A stretch of DNA of 55,230 bases from Eubacteriales bacterium (GTDB taxonomy: Bacteria > Bacillota > Clostridia > Oscillospirales > CAG-272), in NCBI GenBank assembly GCA_045593985.1, contig JAZNXR010000107.1, positions 1 through 55,230 of the forward strand, in the 5' to 3' direction. Each line of letters opens with the position of its first letter. The stretch's first letter is position 1. Below the pieces are notes generated by a model, which saw nothing but the letters and a program-made list of their open reading frames with translations, was not told the DNA's origin and did no database searches. The position numbers and the translations under genes were made by a program. Below, in pieces: positions 16,612-26,594 of this stretch.

Positions 16612-17403
16612 ATGCTTATAACGAGCAGAAGCAATCCGCTTATAATTGAAACGGCTTCTCTTAAAGAAAAAAAGTATCGTGAAAAAAGCGGTCTTTTCGT
16701 TTTCGAGGGCAAAAAGCTGTTTGACGAGGCGGTAAAAAGGGGCGTTGATATTGAGCGTGTATTCGTTACCGAAAAGGCGGCAAAATACTGCGAAAACAGC
16801 GCTTTTAACGGCGAAATTATAACCGTTTCGGAAAGCGTTTACGAAAAGCTGTCGAGCGAAAAGTCGCCTGAGGGGATAATTTGTGTTGCGAAATATATTG
16901 ACAAATCCCACAATATGATTAAAATATATAATAATGAAGAGTTTGAACAAAGCGAAAAACGGATAATTATCCTTTCTTCGCTTCGTGATCCCGGAAATCT
17001 CGGAACCGTTATCCGCACTGCGGCGGCGTTCGGCCTTGACGAGATGATCCTCAGCTCCGACTGTGCGGATATTTATAATCCAAAGACGGTGAGAGCTGCC
17101 ATGGGAACTCTTTTTTCGCAGAGTATATCCTACGTTCAGAATTTGCCCGAAACGGTAAAAATTATGAACGGAGCGGGATATACGACTCTCGCTGCCGTTC
17201 TTGACGATAAGGCGCTTCCGCTGAACGAGCTTTCGATTGGCAGGAAAACGGCTTTTATTATCGGAAACGAGGGGCACGGAATTGATCCCGAGGTTGTAAA
17301 AAGCGCATCGGGAACGGTTTATATACCGATGGAAGCAGGCGTTGAGTCGCTTAACGCCGCTATTGCCGCATCGGTATTTATGTGGCAGGCATATAAAGGA
17401 TAA
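16612..17403 (+). CDS. TrmH/SpoU-family RNA 2'-O-methyltransferase
   Basis: SpoU motifs LRDPGNLGTVIRTAAAFG, IIGNEGHGI and ESLNAAIAASV. AGGAG lies 6 nt upstream of the ATG at 16612. The upstream part of the ORF reads through the repeat element. Confidence 0.85.
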   Translation: MLITSRSNPLIIETASLKEKKYREKSGLFVFEGKKLFDEAVKRGVDIERVFVTEKAAKYCENSAFNGEIITVSESVYEKLSSEKSPEGIICVAKYIDKSHNMIKIYNNEEFEQSEKRIIILSSLRDPGNLGTVIRTAAAFGLDEMILSSDCADIYNPKTVRAAMGTLFSQSISYVQNLPETVKIMNGAGYTTLAAVLDDKALPLNELSIGRKTAFIIGNEGHGIDPEVVKSASGTVYIPMEAGVESLNAAIAASVFMWQAYKG

Positions 17404-17408
17404 TTAAG

Positions 17409-18683
17409 ATGGTATTGAATGAAAACTCAACGCTTTACTGGCTATGGCTTCAAGGCGTTTGCGGCGAAGGCTCGCTCCTTCCCGAGGTGCTTATTTCCCA
17501 TTTTGGATCGATCGAAAAGGTCTATGAGGCTGACGAGGCAGAGCTTAAAAATGTTTCCGGAATAACGGCTCGCTCGGTGAGCAAGCTTTCAAGTAAGTCG
17601 CTTGACAAGGCAAGAGAGATTCTCGCTTACTGCAAAAACGAGGGCATCGGTATTCTTACTCCCGATTCTGCTCTTTATCCCAAGAGGTTGCAGAGAATTC
17701 CGTCCAAGCCTGCGGTGCTTTATTACCGTGGACTTTTGGTTGACCTCGACCGTGAGGTCTGTATATCCGAGGTCGGAACAAGACACATGACGGAATACGG
17801 ATCCCGCACCGCTTATACCTTTGCTTATGATATGGCACGGGGCGGAGCTGTGGTCGTCAGCGGAATGGCAAAGGGCGTTGACGGAATGGCGCACAGAGGC
17901 GCGCTTGATGCCGGCGGATATACCGTTGCGGTGCTTGGATGCGGAATTGACCGTGCATATCCGAGCGAGCATCTTTCCCTTATGAATGAGATCATCAAAA
18001 ACGGTGTTGTTATGACGGAATTCCGTCCCTTTACGCCGCCTGTCGGAAGAAACTTCCCTATGAGAAACCGTATCGTCAGCGGCATTTCGCTCGGCACTCT
18101 TGTTATCGAGGCGCCGAAAAGAAGCGGTGCGCTCATTACTGCCGACACGGCCTTAAAGCAGGGAAGGGACGTTTTTGCGCTTCCCGGCAAGGTCGGTGAG
18201 ATGAGCAGCGAGGGCAGCAATTTGCTTATCCGAAACGGAGCAAAGATGGTGACCGGCGCTGCCGATATTCTCGTTGAATACCAAAATCTCTATCCGACAA
18301 AAATTGATCTGAATAAAATAACCGCAATCAGATCCCGTAATTTTGCCCCTGCGTCTTACGTGGCATCGGTGATTCCGAGCTTTAACGATGACCGTGAGGA
18401 GAACGCCGAAAAGCGTGTCAGGGCATCCGAAAAGAAAATAGCAAAGCCTGAAATGCCGAAGGCAGAAATAAAGGCGGAGCCAAAGGAATATACTCTTCCG
18501 AGCGGAGTCGAAGGCAAGCAGCTTGAGATCCTTAAGCTTCTTATGGAGGAGGGCGAGATGACGGCGGATGTTATTTCTTCGAAAATCGAAAGCCCGATAA
18601 CCGACGTTCTCGTTGAGCTTACGATGCTTGAAATAATGGGGCATATAACCGCACTTCCCGGCGGTACGTATAAATTAAGTTAA
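17409..18683 (+). CDS. dprA: DNA-processing protein DprA (Smf)
   Basis: Rossmann-like core GMAKGVDGMAHRGALDAGGYTVAVLGCGIDRAYP and C-terminal winged-helix-like tail. Conserved synteny with topA. Confidence 0.9.
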   Translation: MVLNENSTLYWLWLQGVCGEGSLLPEVLISHFGSIEKVYEADEAELKNVSGITARSVSKLSSKSLDKAREILAYCKNEGIGILTPDSALYPKRLQRIPSKPAVLYYRGLLVDLDREVCISEVGTRHMTEYGSRTAYTFAYDMARGGAVVVSGMAKGVDGMAHRGALDAGGYTVAVLGCGIDRAYPSEHLSLMNEIIKNGVVMTEFRPFTPPVGRNFPMRNRIVSGISLGTLVIEAPKRSGALITADTALKQGRDVFALPGKVGEMSSEGSNLLIRNGAKMVTGAADILVEYQNLYPTKIDLNKITAIRSRNFAPASYVASVIPSFNDDREENAEKRVRASEKKIAKPEMPKAEIKAEPKEYTLPSGVEGKQLEILKLLMEEGEMTADVISSKIESPITDVLVELTMLEIMGHITALPGGTYKLS

Positions 18684-18704
18684 ATTCCGTTAAGGAGAAA
18701 ATAA

Positions 18705-20954
18705 ATGGCAAATCTTGTAATAATCGAGTCACCCTTTAAGGCGCCGACGATAAAGAATTATCTCGGCTCAAATTACAGAGTTATTGCTTCAAGAGGTCAC
18801 CTCCGTGACCTTCCGAAAAGCTCGCTCGGCGTTGATATTGAAAATGGCTTTGAGGCTCATTATATCAATATCCGCGGCAAGGGTGATATTATAAAGGAGC
18901 TGAAAAAAGAGGCTAAAAATGCGACGAAGATCTACTTCGCAACGGACCCTGACCGTGAAGGTGAGGCAATAGCCTGGCATCTTGCAACCGTTCTCGGTAT
19001 TCCGATCGAAAAGACGAAAAGAATTACCTTCAACGAGCTTACCAAGACTGCGATCAAGAGTGCTATCAAGGAGCCTCGCAATATTGATATAGAGCTTGTA
19101 AATTCCCAGCAGGCAAGAAGAATTCTTGACAGAATCGTTGGCTATAAGCTTTCTCCATTCCTTTGGAAAACCGTTCGTTCCGGTCTTTCAGCAGGAAGAG
19201 TTCAGTCGGTTGCAACGAGAATCATCGTTGACCGTGAAAAGGAAATCGAGGCGTTTGTTCCGCAGGAATACTGGACTCTCGATGCGCTTCTCGAAACTGC
19301 CTCGGGCGCTGCTTTGACGGCTCATTACTATGGAAAGAACGGCAAAAAGTCGGAGCTTAAGAGCGAGGACGAGACCAAGGCTGTTCTTGATGCAATTTCG
19401 GGCTTGCCCTTTGTTGTTACGTCGGTTAAGAAGACTGTCAAGCAGAGAAATCCGCTTCCTCCCTTCACGACCTCAACAATGCAGCAGGAGGCCTCGAAAA
19501 AGCTTGGATTTAACTCACAGAAGATCATGAAGGTCGCGCAAGAGCTTTACGAGGGTATTAACGTCGGAAGTGCTAACGGCGGCGTTCAAGGTCTTATCAC
19601 CTATATGCGTACCGACTCGCTTCGTGTTTCGGACGAGGCCGCAAGCGGAGCGCTTGCATATATTGCCGAGAAGTACGGCGAAGCCTTCTGCCCCAAGACC
19701 AAGCGTGTTTACAAGACGAAGGCGGGCGCGCAGGATGCTCACGAGGCAATTCGTCCTTCAAATATTGCTCTTGAGCCTGAGCTTATTAAAAAATATCTTA
19801 CAAGCGATCAGTATAAGCTTTATAAGCTTATTTACAGCCGCTTCGTTGCTTCGCAGATGGCGTCTGCACAGATCGACACCGTTAATGCGGAGATGTCGGT
19901 TGGCGCATACAATTTCCGCGCATCCGGCTCGTCTGTCAAGTTCGCCGGATTTATGGCGGTTTATGACTATGTCGAGGAGGGCGAGGAGAGAAAGGGACTT
20001 CTTCCCGAAATCAAGGAAAACGATACCCTTAACTGCAAGTCTCTTAATCCTAACCAGCACTTTACCGAGCCGCCTGCTCGATTCAACGAAGGCTCGCTGA
20101 TCAAGTTCCTTGAGGAAAAGGGAATCGGCCGTCCTTCGACCTATGCTCCCATCGTTACTACGATAATTTCTCGCGGCTACGTTGGCAGAGAGGGCAAGTC
20201 GCTTAAGCCTACACAGCTCGGTATCGTTACCACCAAGCTTATGGTCGAGCATTTCCCCGACATCGTTGACTACGAATTTACCGCACAGATGGAGGATTCT
20301 CTCGACAGCATCGCCGGCGGTGACACCGATATGACGACGGTTCTTTCGAACTTCTACTGCGGCTTTAACGAGCATCTGACAAGAGCCGAGGCTACGGTTG
20401 AAAAGGAAGTTGTCGAGGTGCCTGTCGTTGAGACAGATATTATCTGTGATAAGTGCGGAGCGAGAATGATCGTCCGCCAGGGACGTTACGGCAAATTTGC
20501 CGCTTGTCCCAATTATCCCGAATGTAAGAGCACCAAGCCTATCGACAAGGACGGCAAGGAGCTTGTTAAGAAGGATACCGCAGAGAAGACCGATATGGTC
20601 TGCGAGCTTTGCGGCAAGGAGATGCTCAAGCGTAAGGGACGCTACGGCGAATTCTACGCTTGCTCCGATTATCCGAGATGTAAAAATACTAAGCCGATTC
20701 TCCGTCCTATCGGAGTTAAATGCCCCAAGTGCGGCGGAAATATCGTGCTTCGTAACGGTAAAAACAGAAGCGTTTATTATTCCTGCGAAAATTATCCCTC
20801 CTGCGATTTCAGCTCGTGGGATAAGCCGGTAAACGAGACCTGTCCCGATTGCGGTCAGCTTCTTTACTATAAGAAGGGTAAAAATCAGCTCGTTTGCGGG
20901 AATAAGGACTGCGGATTTAAGAAGGAAGCTTCCCCCGAAAATTATGAAAACTGA
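18705..20954 (+). CDS. topA: DNA topoisomerase I (type IA) with four C-terminal zinc ribbons
   Basis: TOPRIM N-terminus LVIIESPFKAPTIKNYLG...ATDPDREGEAIAWH. Active-site region ITYMRTDS. Four CxxC...C..C ribbons. Confidence 0.95.
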   Translation: MANLVIIESPFKAPTIKNYLGSNYRVIASRGHLRDLPKSSLGVDIENGFEAHYINIRGKGDIIKELKKEAKNATKIYFATDPDREGEAIAWHLATVLGIPIEKTKRITFNELTKTAIKSAIKEPRNIDIELVNSQQARRILDRIVGYKLSPFLWKTVRSGLSAGRVQSVATRIIVDREKEIEAFVPQEYWTLDALLETASGAALTAHYYGKNGKKSELKSEDETKAVLDAISGLPFVVTSVKKTVKQRNPLPPFTTSTMQQEASKKLGFNSQKIMKVAQELYEGINVGSANGGVQGLITYMRTDSLRVSDEAASGALAYIAEKYGEAFCPKTKRVYKTKAGAQDAHEAIRPSNIALEPELIKKYLTSDQYKLYKLIYSRFVASQMASAQIDTVNAEMSVGAYNFRASGSSVKFAGFMAVYDYVEEGEERKGLLPEIKENDTLNCKSLNPNQHFTEPPARFNEGSLIKFLEEKGIGRPSTYAPIVTTIISRGYVGREGKSLKPTQLGIVTTKLMVEHFPDIVDYEFTAQMEDSLDSIAGGDTDMTTVLSNFYCGFNEHLTRAEATVEKEVVEVPVVETDIICDKCGARMIVRQGRYGKFAACPNYPECKSTKPIDKDGKELVKKDTAEKTDMVCELCGKEMLKRKGRYGEFYACSDYPRCKNTKPILRPIGVKCPKCGGNIVLRNGKNRSVYYSCENYPSCDFSSWDKPVNETCPDCGQLLYYKKGKNQLVCGNKDCGFKKEASPENYEN

Positions 20955-22275
20955 CGTTATTCACGTTATAGGCGCCGGTCTTGCCGGCTCCGAGGCGGCG
21001 TATCAGGCGGCGAAGATGGGCGTTCAGGTCATTCTTCACGAGATGAAGCCGCATAAATATTCTCCCGCACATCACTACGATGGAATGGCGGAGCTTGTTT
21101 GCTCAAACTCGCTTCGTTCCCTTCAGCTGTCGAATGCGGTCGGGCTTCTTAAAGAGGAGCTTCGCATTCTCGGCTCGCTCATTATGGAGGCGGCTGATGC
21201 CACTGCCGTTCCTGCAGGTGCGGCGCTTGCGGTTGACAGATATAAATTCTCCGACTACGTGACCGAGAAGATTCGCTCGATGCCGAATATCACCGTTGTC
21301 GACGGCGAGGTGACCGAGCTTCCGAGCGACGGAATTACCGTCGTCGCAAGCGGGCCTCTTACCTCCGATGCGCTTGCAAAGCATCTTTCCGAGCTGCTTG
21401 GCGAAAGCTATCTCAGCTTCTTCGATGCGGCGGCACCGATAGTTGATGCTTCAACTATTGATATGAGCAAGGCGTATTTCGCATCACGCTACGGCAAGGG
21501 CGATCCTTGCTATATAAACTGTCCTATGGAAAAGGACGAGTACGATGCCTTTTACGAGGCACTTATTACGGCAGAGGAGGCCGCCCTTAAGGAATTTGAC
21601 CGTGAAAGCCAGAAGGGACTTACGGTTTTTGAGGGCTGTATGCCTGTTGAGGTCATGGCGAAAAGAGGACGTGAAACGCTTCTTTTCGGGCCGCTTAAGC
21701 CTGTTGGTCTTCCTTATCCCGGCACTGACCGTGATCCCTATGCGGTCGTTCAGCTTCGTCAGGAAAACAAGGAAAAGACGATGTATAATCTCGTCGGCTT
21801 CCAGACGCATCTGACCTTTGAGGCTCAAAGAAGGGTGTTCAGAATGATCCCGGGCCTACACAATGCGGAATTTCTTCGCTATGGGGTAATGCATAGGAAC
21901 ACCTATATAAATTCCCCCAAGCTTCTTAATCCCGATTATTCCCTTATCTCAAACGGAAATATTTATTTTGCGGGACAGATGACGGGTGTTGAGGGATATA
22001 TCGAATCCTGCTCGTCGGGATTCATTGCGGGCTTTAACGCCGCAAGAAAATTGAAGGGGCTTTCTCCCTTTACCCCGGATAACAGATGTGCTATCGGTGC
22101 GCTTGCGTCCTACATAAGCGACAGAAGCGTGACGAGCTTCCAGCCGATGAACGTCAATTTTGGTATAATCGCACCCCCGGATAAAAAAATCAAGGGCGGA
22201 AAGGCACTTCGCAACGAGTATCTTTCCCACCGAGCACTTTCCTATCTGAAGGAAATATATGAGAATTTGGAGTAA
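20944..22275 (+). CDS. trmFO: Methylenetetrahydrofolate--tRNA-(uracil-5-)-methyltransferase
   Basis: FAD motif VIGAGLAGSEAAYQ. Family-typical length. Position after topA, with an 11-nt overlap. Confidence 0.9.
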   Translation: MKTDVIHVIGAGLAGSEAAYQAAKMGVQVILHEMKPHKYSPAHHYDGMAELVCSNSLRSLQLSNAVGLLKEELRILGSLIMEAADATAVPAGAALAVDRYKFSDYVTEKIRSMPNITVVDGEVTELPSDGITVVASGPLTSDALAKHLSELLGESYLSFFDAAAPIVDASTIDMSKAYFASRYGKGDPCYINCPMEKDEYDAFYEALITAEEAALKEFDRESQKGLTVFEGCMPVEVMAKRGRETLLFGPLKPVGLPYPGTDRDPYAVVQLRQENKEKTMYNLVGFQTHLTFEAQRRVFRMIPGLHNAEFLRYGVMHRNTYINSPKLLNPDYSLISNGNIYFAGQMTGVEGYIESCSSGFIAGFNAARKLKGLSPFTPDNRCAIGALASYISDRSVTSFQPMNVNFGIIAPPDKKIKGGKALRNEYLSHRALSYLKEIYENLE

Positions 22276-22281
22276 TATGCT

Positions 22282-23298
22282 ATGAGAATTATCGTAGATA
22301 TTATGAGCGGAGATAAAGCGCCGCTCGAAATACTTATGGGCGCCCATGAGGCGGCAACCGAAAATCCCAATGTTGGATTTACATTTGTCGGTAACGAGGG
22401 AATCATGCGTGCAATTGCAGGCGTAAAGGATATTTCTCTTGATCTTCCGAATATCGAGATCGTTCATACTGACGGCGTTATTACTATGGAGGATCAGCCT
22501 CTTTCTGTTGTAAGAGAGAAGAAGGATTCCTCTATGGGAATCGGTCTTAAGCTTCTCTCCGAGGGCAAGGGCGATGCCTTCGTCAGCGCCGGTAATACGG
22601 GAGCGCTTCATGCGGGATCTACCCTTATTGTAAGAAGGATCAAGGGAATTCAGAAGTCGGGAATTGCGACGATCCTTCCTTACGAAAATCCCACGATGCT
22701 TATGGACAGCGGCGCGAATATTGAAATTCCCCCCGAAACCTACGTGCAGTTTGCGCAGATGGGAACGGTATATATGAGAGAGATACTCGGCGTATCCAAT
22801 CCCCGTGTAGGTCTATTGAACATTGGCGAGGAGAGAATCAAGGGAACGAAAACGGTTGCAGCTGCTTATGAGCTTCTTGAAAAGGCAGAGGGAATAAATT
22901 TCGTCGGTAATATTGAGGGCAAGGACGTTCCGAACGGAAAATGCGACGTTATCGTTTGCGACGGCTTCTCGGGAAATATCGTTCTGAAATTGAGCGAGGG
23001 ACTTTCAAAGTTCATCATCGGCAAGCTGACCGACGTATTTACCGCAAATCCTCTTACCAAGGTTTCCTATCTTGGAGTCAAGAAGGGACTTAAGGATATG
23101 AAAAAGAGCTTTGATGCATCGGAGTACGGCGGCGCGCCGCTTCTCGGCTTGGCGAAAACCGTTATAAAGGCACACGGAAGCTCTGACAGCTACGCCATCA
23201 AAAATGCCATTCGTCAGGCGCTTCAGTGCGTTGACAATGCAGTTGCTTACAAGATCGCAAAGCTCGTCGTGCCTGATATTATCCCGGAGGATAAGTGA
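22282..23298 (+). CDS. plsX: Phosphate acyltransferase PlsX
   Basis: MRIIVDIMSGDKAP N-terminus, FVSAGNTGA motif and 338-aa length. Confidence 0.92.
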   Translation: MRIIVDIMSGDKAPLEILMGAHEAATENPNVGFTFVGNEGIMRAIAGVKDISLDLPNIEIVHTDGVITMEDQPLSVVREKKDSSMGIGLKLLSEGKGDAFVSAGNTGALHAGSTLIVRRIKGIQKSGIATILPYENPTMLMDSGANIEIPPETYVQFAQMGTVYMREILGVSNPRVGLLNIGEERIKGTKTVAAAYELLEKAEGINFVGNIEGKDVPNGKCDVIVCDGFSGNIVLKLSEGLSKFIIGKLTDVFTANPLTKVSYLGVKKGLKDMKKSFDASEYGGAPLLGLAKTVIKAHGSSDSYAIKNAIRQALQCVDNAVAYKIAKLVVPDIIPEDK

Positions 23299-23305
23299 TT
23301 AGGAA

Positions 23306-24019
23306 ATGAACAAGCATTATCCTGCTCCCTTGGCGGAGCTTGAAAAGACGATCGGTTATACCTTTAAAAACCCGACGTATATTCTCGTTGCAACGACACA
23401 TTCGTCGTTTTCCAACGAGGCGAAGGACGGCGTAGACTGTAACGAGCGTCTTGAATTTCTCGGAGATTCGGTTTTGAGCTACATCACAAGCCGTTATCTT
23501 TACGAAAGCTTCCCCGGGCTTCCCGAGGGGGGAATGTCGAGAGTCAGAGCATCGGCGGTTTGCGAGAAGTCGCTTTGCGCTATTGCTAAAAGAATCGATC
23601 TCGGCGCATATTTGCGTCTCGGTCACGGCGAGGAATGTCAAGACGGTCGAAACCGCCCGTCAATTCTTGCCGACGCCTTTGAGGCGCTTCTTGCCGCTAT
23701 TTATCTTGACGGCGGAATTGAGCCTGTTCGTGCCTTTCTTTTACCGATAATCTCGGCGGAGATCGACGGAATAATCGAAAGCGGAGCAGACCTTGACTAT
23801 AAGACGGTGCTTCAGCAGTTTATTCAGCAGGAGCGAGGCTCGCTGCTTGAATACGTTACTGTCGGTGAAAGCGGCCCTGCACACAGAAAGACCTTTTTCG
23901 TTGAGGTTCGTCTTAACGGTAACGTGATCGGCCGCGGAAACGGCTCGTCAAAGCGTAAGGCTGAACAGAGCGCGGCGAAGGAAGCTCTTTCCCTCTTTGA
24001 CTTTGGTAAGCAGGGATGA
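23306..24019 (+). CDS. rnc: Ribonuclease III
   Basis: Signature NERLEFLGDSVL and a C-terminal dsRBD (GPAHRKTFFVEV...GSSKRKAEQSAAKEAL). Confidence 0.95.
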   Translation: MNKHYPAPLAELEKTIGYTFKNPTYILVATTHSSFSNEAKDGVDCNERLEFLGDSVLSYITSRYLYESFPGLPEGGMSRVRASAVCEKSLCAIAKRIDLGAYLRLGHGEECQDGRNRPSILADAFEALLAAIYLDGGIEPVRAFLLPIISAEIDGIIESGADLDYKTVLQQFIQQERGSLLEYVTVGESGPAHRKTFFVEVRLNGNVIGRGNGSSKRKAEQSAAKEALSLFDFGKQG

Positions 24020-25017
24020 GACATATAAATATCCCGATATTCATACCGCATCTCGGCTGCCCGAATGACTGTGCCTTTTGTAATCAGCGCAGTATTTCGG
24101 GCAGAACGCATTTTGATATATCGGACGTAAGAAAACAAATAGAGGATGCGCTCGAAACGTCGGGCGAAAGCGAGTGCGAAATTGCATTTTTTGGCGGCTC
24201 GTTTACCGGCATTGACCGTTCTCTTATGATCTCTCTCCTTGAAATTGCAGAGGAATTTGTGAAAGTGGGGAAGGTTACTTCAATTCGTCTCTCGACTCGC
24301 CCCGATTACATCAGCGAGGAGATTCTTGAAATTCTCGGCAGATACAGCGTTAAAACCATTGAGCTTGGTATTCAAAGCTGCTCTGATGCGGTTTTGACGA
24401 CGAGCAAGAGAGGTCATACCGTTCGTGATACGGTCAGCGCCTGTCGGCTTATCAAGGCGCGTGGATTTTCTCTTGTCGGGCAGATGATGATAGGACTTCC
24501 GACTTCAAGCGAGGCTGACGAAATTGAAACCGCTAAGATGATTTGTGAGCTTGGCGCAAGCGAGGCGAGAATTTATCCCATCGTTATTCTTAAGGGAACG
24601 CAGCTTGTTAAGATGGTGGAAAGCGGCGAATATGCGCCGCTGAACGAGGACGAGCTTATATCACGAAGCGCATCTGTGCTTTCGGTTTTTCGCGGCAACG
24701 GAGTTAAGGTGCTTCGCATCGGACTTCACTCGGGAACGGAGCTGAATTCGGGCGACGAGATTGCCTGCGGATATTATCACCCTGCGATGGGCGAGCTTGT
24801 CGAGGGCGAGCTTTATTTCAGGGAGCTTGAAAAAAGGCTTGCGGAGATGCCCTCGAAGCAGGACGGAATAACAGTTACCGTGCCGCGCGGTGAGCTTTCG
24901 AAGGCGATCGGTCAAAACGGCAGAAACCGTAGGCGTCTTATAGAAAAATTCGATTTGAAGGCTATTAAATTCAAGGAGGGCGACGTTGCCTCCCTTGAAA
25001 TTCAGGCTAATAAATAA
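24016..25017 (+). CDS. Elp3-like radical SAM protein (no SPASM extension)
   Basis: CPNDCAFCNQ (CxxxCxxC) lies 14 residues from the N-terminus. ATGA overlap with rnc. Confidence 0.8.
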   Translation: MRHINIPIFIPHLGCPNDCAFCNQRSISGRTHFDISDVRKQIEDALETSGESECEIAFFGGSFTGIDRSLMISLLEIAEEFVKVGKVTSIRLSTRPDYISEEILEILGRYSVKTIELGIQSCSDAVLTTSKRGHTVRDTVSACRLIKARGFSLVGQMMIGLPTSSEADEIETAKMICELGASEARIYPIVILKGTQLVKMVESGEYAPLNEDELISRSASVLSVFRGNGVKVLRIGLHSGTELNSGDEIACGYYHPAMGELVEGELYFRELEKRLAEMPSKQDGITVTVPRGELSKAIGQNGRNRRRLIEKFDLKAIKFKEGDVASLEIQANK

Positions 25018-25042
25018 CCCGATGCGATGCATCGGGTTTTTT
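25016..25042 (+). terminator. Rho-independent terminator
   Basis: ACCCGATGC-gat-GCATCGGGT stem, followed by TTTTTT. Confidence 0.85.
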
Positions 25043-25102
25043 TAAGACTGTAAATAATTCGGTTAGGCTTATTCGGATATTTTCACAATTTCATTTTTAC
25101 TA

Positions 25103-25131
25103 TTGTTTATTTTATTTTCCTGTGCTATAAT
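25103..25131 (+). promoter_or_regulatory. Promoter of the kinase/PqqD cassette (extended -10)
   Basis: TTGTTT (25103-25108), 17-nt spacer, TGcTATAAT (25123-25131). Confidence 0.5.
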
Positions 25132-25160
25132 ACGAATAGTAACATTAAAATGGTGGTATT

Positions 25161-25865
25161 ATGGAGTTTTGCCTGATGCTTGCGGGCGTTCCCGTCCGCA
25201 TTATACACAAATACGAGCATATCCGTGTCCTTTGCGAGGGGTATCTGACCGACAGCGAGCCGCGTTTTTCCGTTTCTGTGACTGACGAGGAAATCGAAAA
25301 AGAAAATGCGATAACGAACGGCGAATTCCCCCTTGCCATCTGTGAGGCAACCTGTATTCACCGTGCGGTAACCCGTGCGCTTGTAAAGCACGGAGTCATG
25401 CTGATACATTCTGCAGTTATTACCGTCGACGGCGAGGCGTTTGTCTTTATGGCGAAAAGCGGTGTCGGAAAGTCGACTCATATTCAGCTTTGGCAAAAGG
25501 TATTTGGTGACCGCGCGGTCGTGCTTAACGGAGATAAGCCGTATTTTACCTTTGAAAACGGGGCTTTGATGGCACACGGCACGCCTTGGAGAGGAAAGGA
25601 ATTTCTCGGGCAGAATATGAAGGCTCCCGTTAAGGGAATGTGCCTGCTTCACCGCGGATTGGAAAACGAAATTTCACTTGCAAGCTCGCATGATGCTGTT
25701 GGGCAGATATTCCATCAGGTGCTTCTGCCGCAGGACGGAGCCGATCTTGCTTCCTTTATGATGATGATGGACAAGATTATCAAAACGGTGCCGTTTTACA
25801 ACCTTTACTGTAACATGAATGACGACGCCGCGCGTGTCGCATATAACGGAATGAAGGGAAACTGA
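25161..25865 (+). CDS. HPr-kinase-like P-loop protein (HprK-related kinase family)
   Basis: The segment LIHSAVITVDGEAFVFMAKSGVGKSTHIQLW resembles the HprK C-terminal catalytic domain with its P-loop. 234 aa. Confidence 0.6.
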   Translation: MEFCLMLAGVPVRIIHKYEHIRVLCEGYLTDSEPRFSVSVTDEEIEKENAITNGEFPLAICEATCIHRAVTRALVKHGVMLIHSAVITVDGEAFVFMAKSGVGKSTHIQLWQKVFGDRAVVLNGDKPYFTFENGALMAHGTPWRGKEFLGQNMKAPVKGMCLLHRGLENEISLASSHDAVGQIFHQVLLPQDGADLASFMMMMDKIIKTVPFYNLYCNMNDDAARVAYNGMKGN

Positions 25866-25866
25866 C

Positions 25867-26133
25867 ATGAAGATTAAAGATGGATTTGTTTTACATTCGG
25901 TAGGCGACGAGAACGTCGTTGTTGCCATTGGAAAAATGACAACGCAGTTCAGAGGAATGATTCGCCTGAACTCCACGGGAGCGTTCATTTTCCGAGCTCT
26001 TGAAAAGGAAACCGACGAAAGAGCCGTGATCGATGCGCTTATCGCAGAATACGGTATTGACGAGGCAACCGCCACAACTGCCGCTACGACTTTTATTTCA
26101 CAGCTTAATGAAGCGGGTGTGCTTGATATATGA
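25867..26133 (+). CDS. PqqD-family protein (RiPP recognition element-like peptide chaperone)
   Basis: 88 aa. The pattern LNSTGAFIFRAL...AVIDALIAEYGID...FISQLNEAGVL is typical of PqqD. It starts 1 nt after the kinase stop codon. Confidence 0.7.
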   Translation: MKIKDGFVLHSVGDENVVVAIGKMTTQFRGMIRLNSTGAFIFRALEKETDERAVIDALIAEYGIDEATATTAATTFISQLNEAGVLDI

Positions 26134-26594
26134 CCGACAGTTTCGGCGTTGATGCTAAAAGAACGACCGTTGCCGACGAGCTTAAGGCGGGAAGAAGTGT
26201 CACCTTTTTTACCGTCGGATGCTCGATGCAGCCGCTTCTTTATGAGCGACAGACACACGTTATGCTCTCTCCGATAGAGGAGACTGTTAAGAAATACGAT
26301 ATCGTGCTGTATCGCCGTGCGGACGGAGTTCTCGTTTTGCACAGATGCGTTAAGGTGCTTGACGGCGCTTGTCTTACGCGAGGGGATAATACCTATTACC
26401 TTGAGCGGGTAGATATGCCGCAAATGCTGGGAGTTGTTACGCATATTTACCGAAAGGGTAAAATGATTGACGTAAAGAAAAGCCTCTCTTACCGTTTTTA
26501 CTCGGTTTTTTGGAATATGACCTATCATATTAGGCATTTTATTATCAGAGCGGGACGGAAAATTAGAAAATGGATGCGGAAACTAAAAAAATAA
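26130..26594 (+). CDS. S24/S26-family serine peptidase without an N-terminal membrane anchor
   Basis: Ser motif GCSMQPLL, candidate general-base Lys in HRCVKV, and GDN box TRGDNTYY. ATGA overlap with the PqqD gene. Confidence 0.65.
   Translation: MTDSFGVDAKRTTVADELKAGRSVTFFTVGCSMQPLLYERQTHVMLSPIEETVKKYDIVLYRRADGVLVLHRCVKVLDGACLTRGDNTYYLERVDMPQMLGVVTHIYRKGKMIDVKKSLSYRFYSVFWNMTYHIRHFIIRAGRKIRKWMRKLKK

Noticed and set aside
25150-25176. An 8-codon uORF (MVVLWSFA) just before the kinase gene, as a possible precursor peptide.
   Set aside because: It is too short for a leader plus core peptide. It overlaps the kinase start region and is more likely a chance ATG within the ribosome-binding region.
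24016-26133. Radical SAM gene next to PqqD as a PqqE-like or sactipeptide maturase pair.
   Set aside because: The radical SAM protein is the Elp3-like type, overlaps rnc by ATGA, and has no SPASM/twitch Cys-rich C-terminus. A strong terminator (25016-25042) and a separate promoter separate it from the PqqD cassette.
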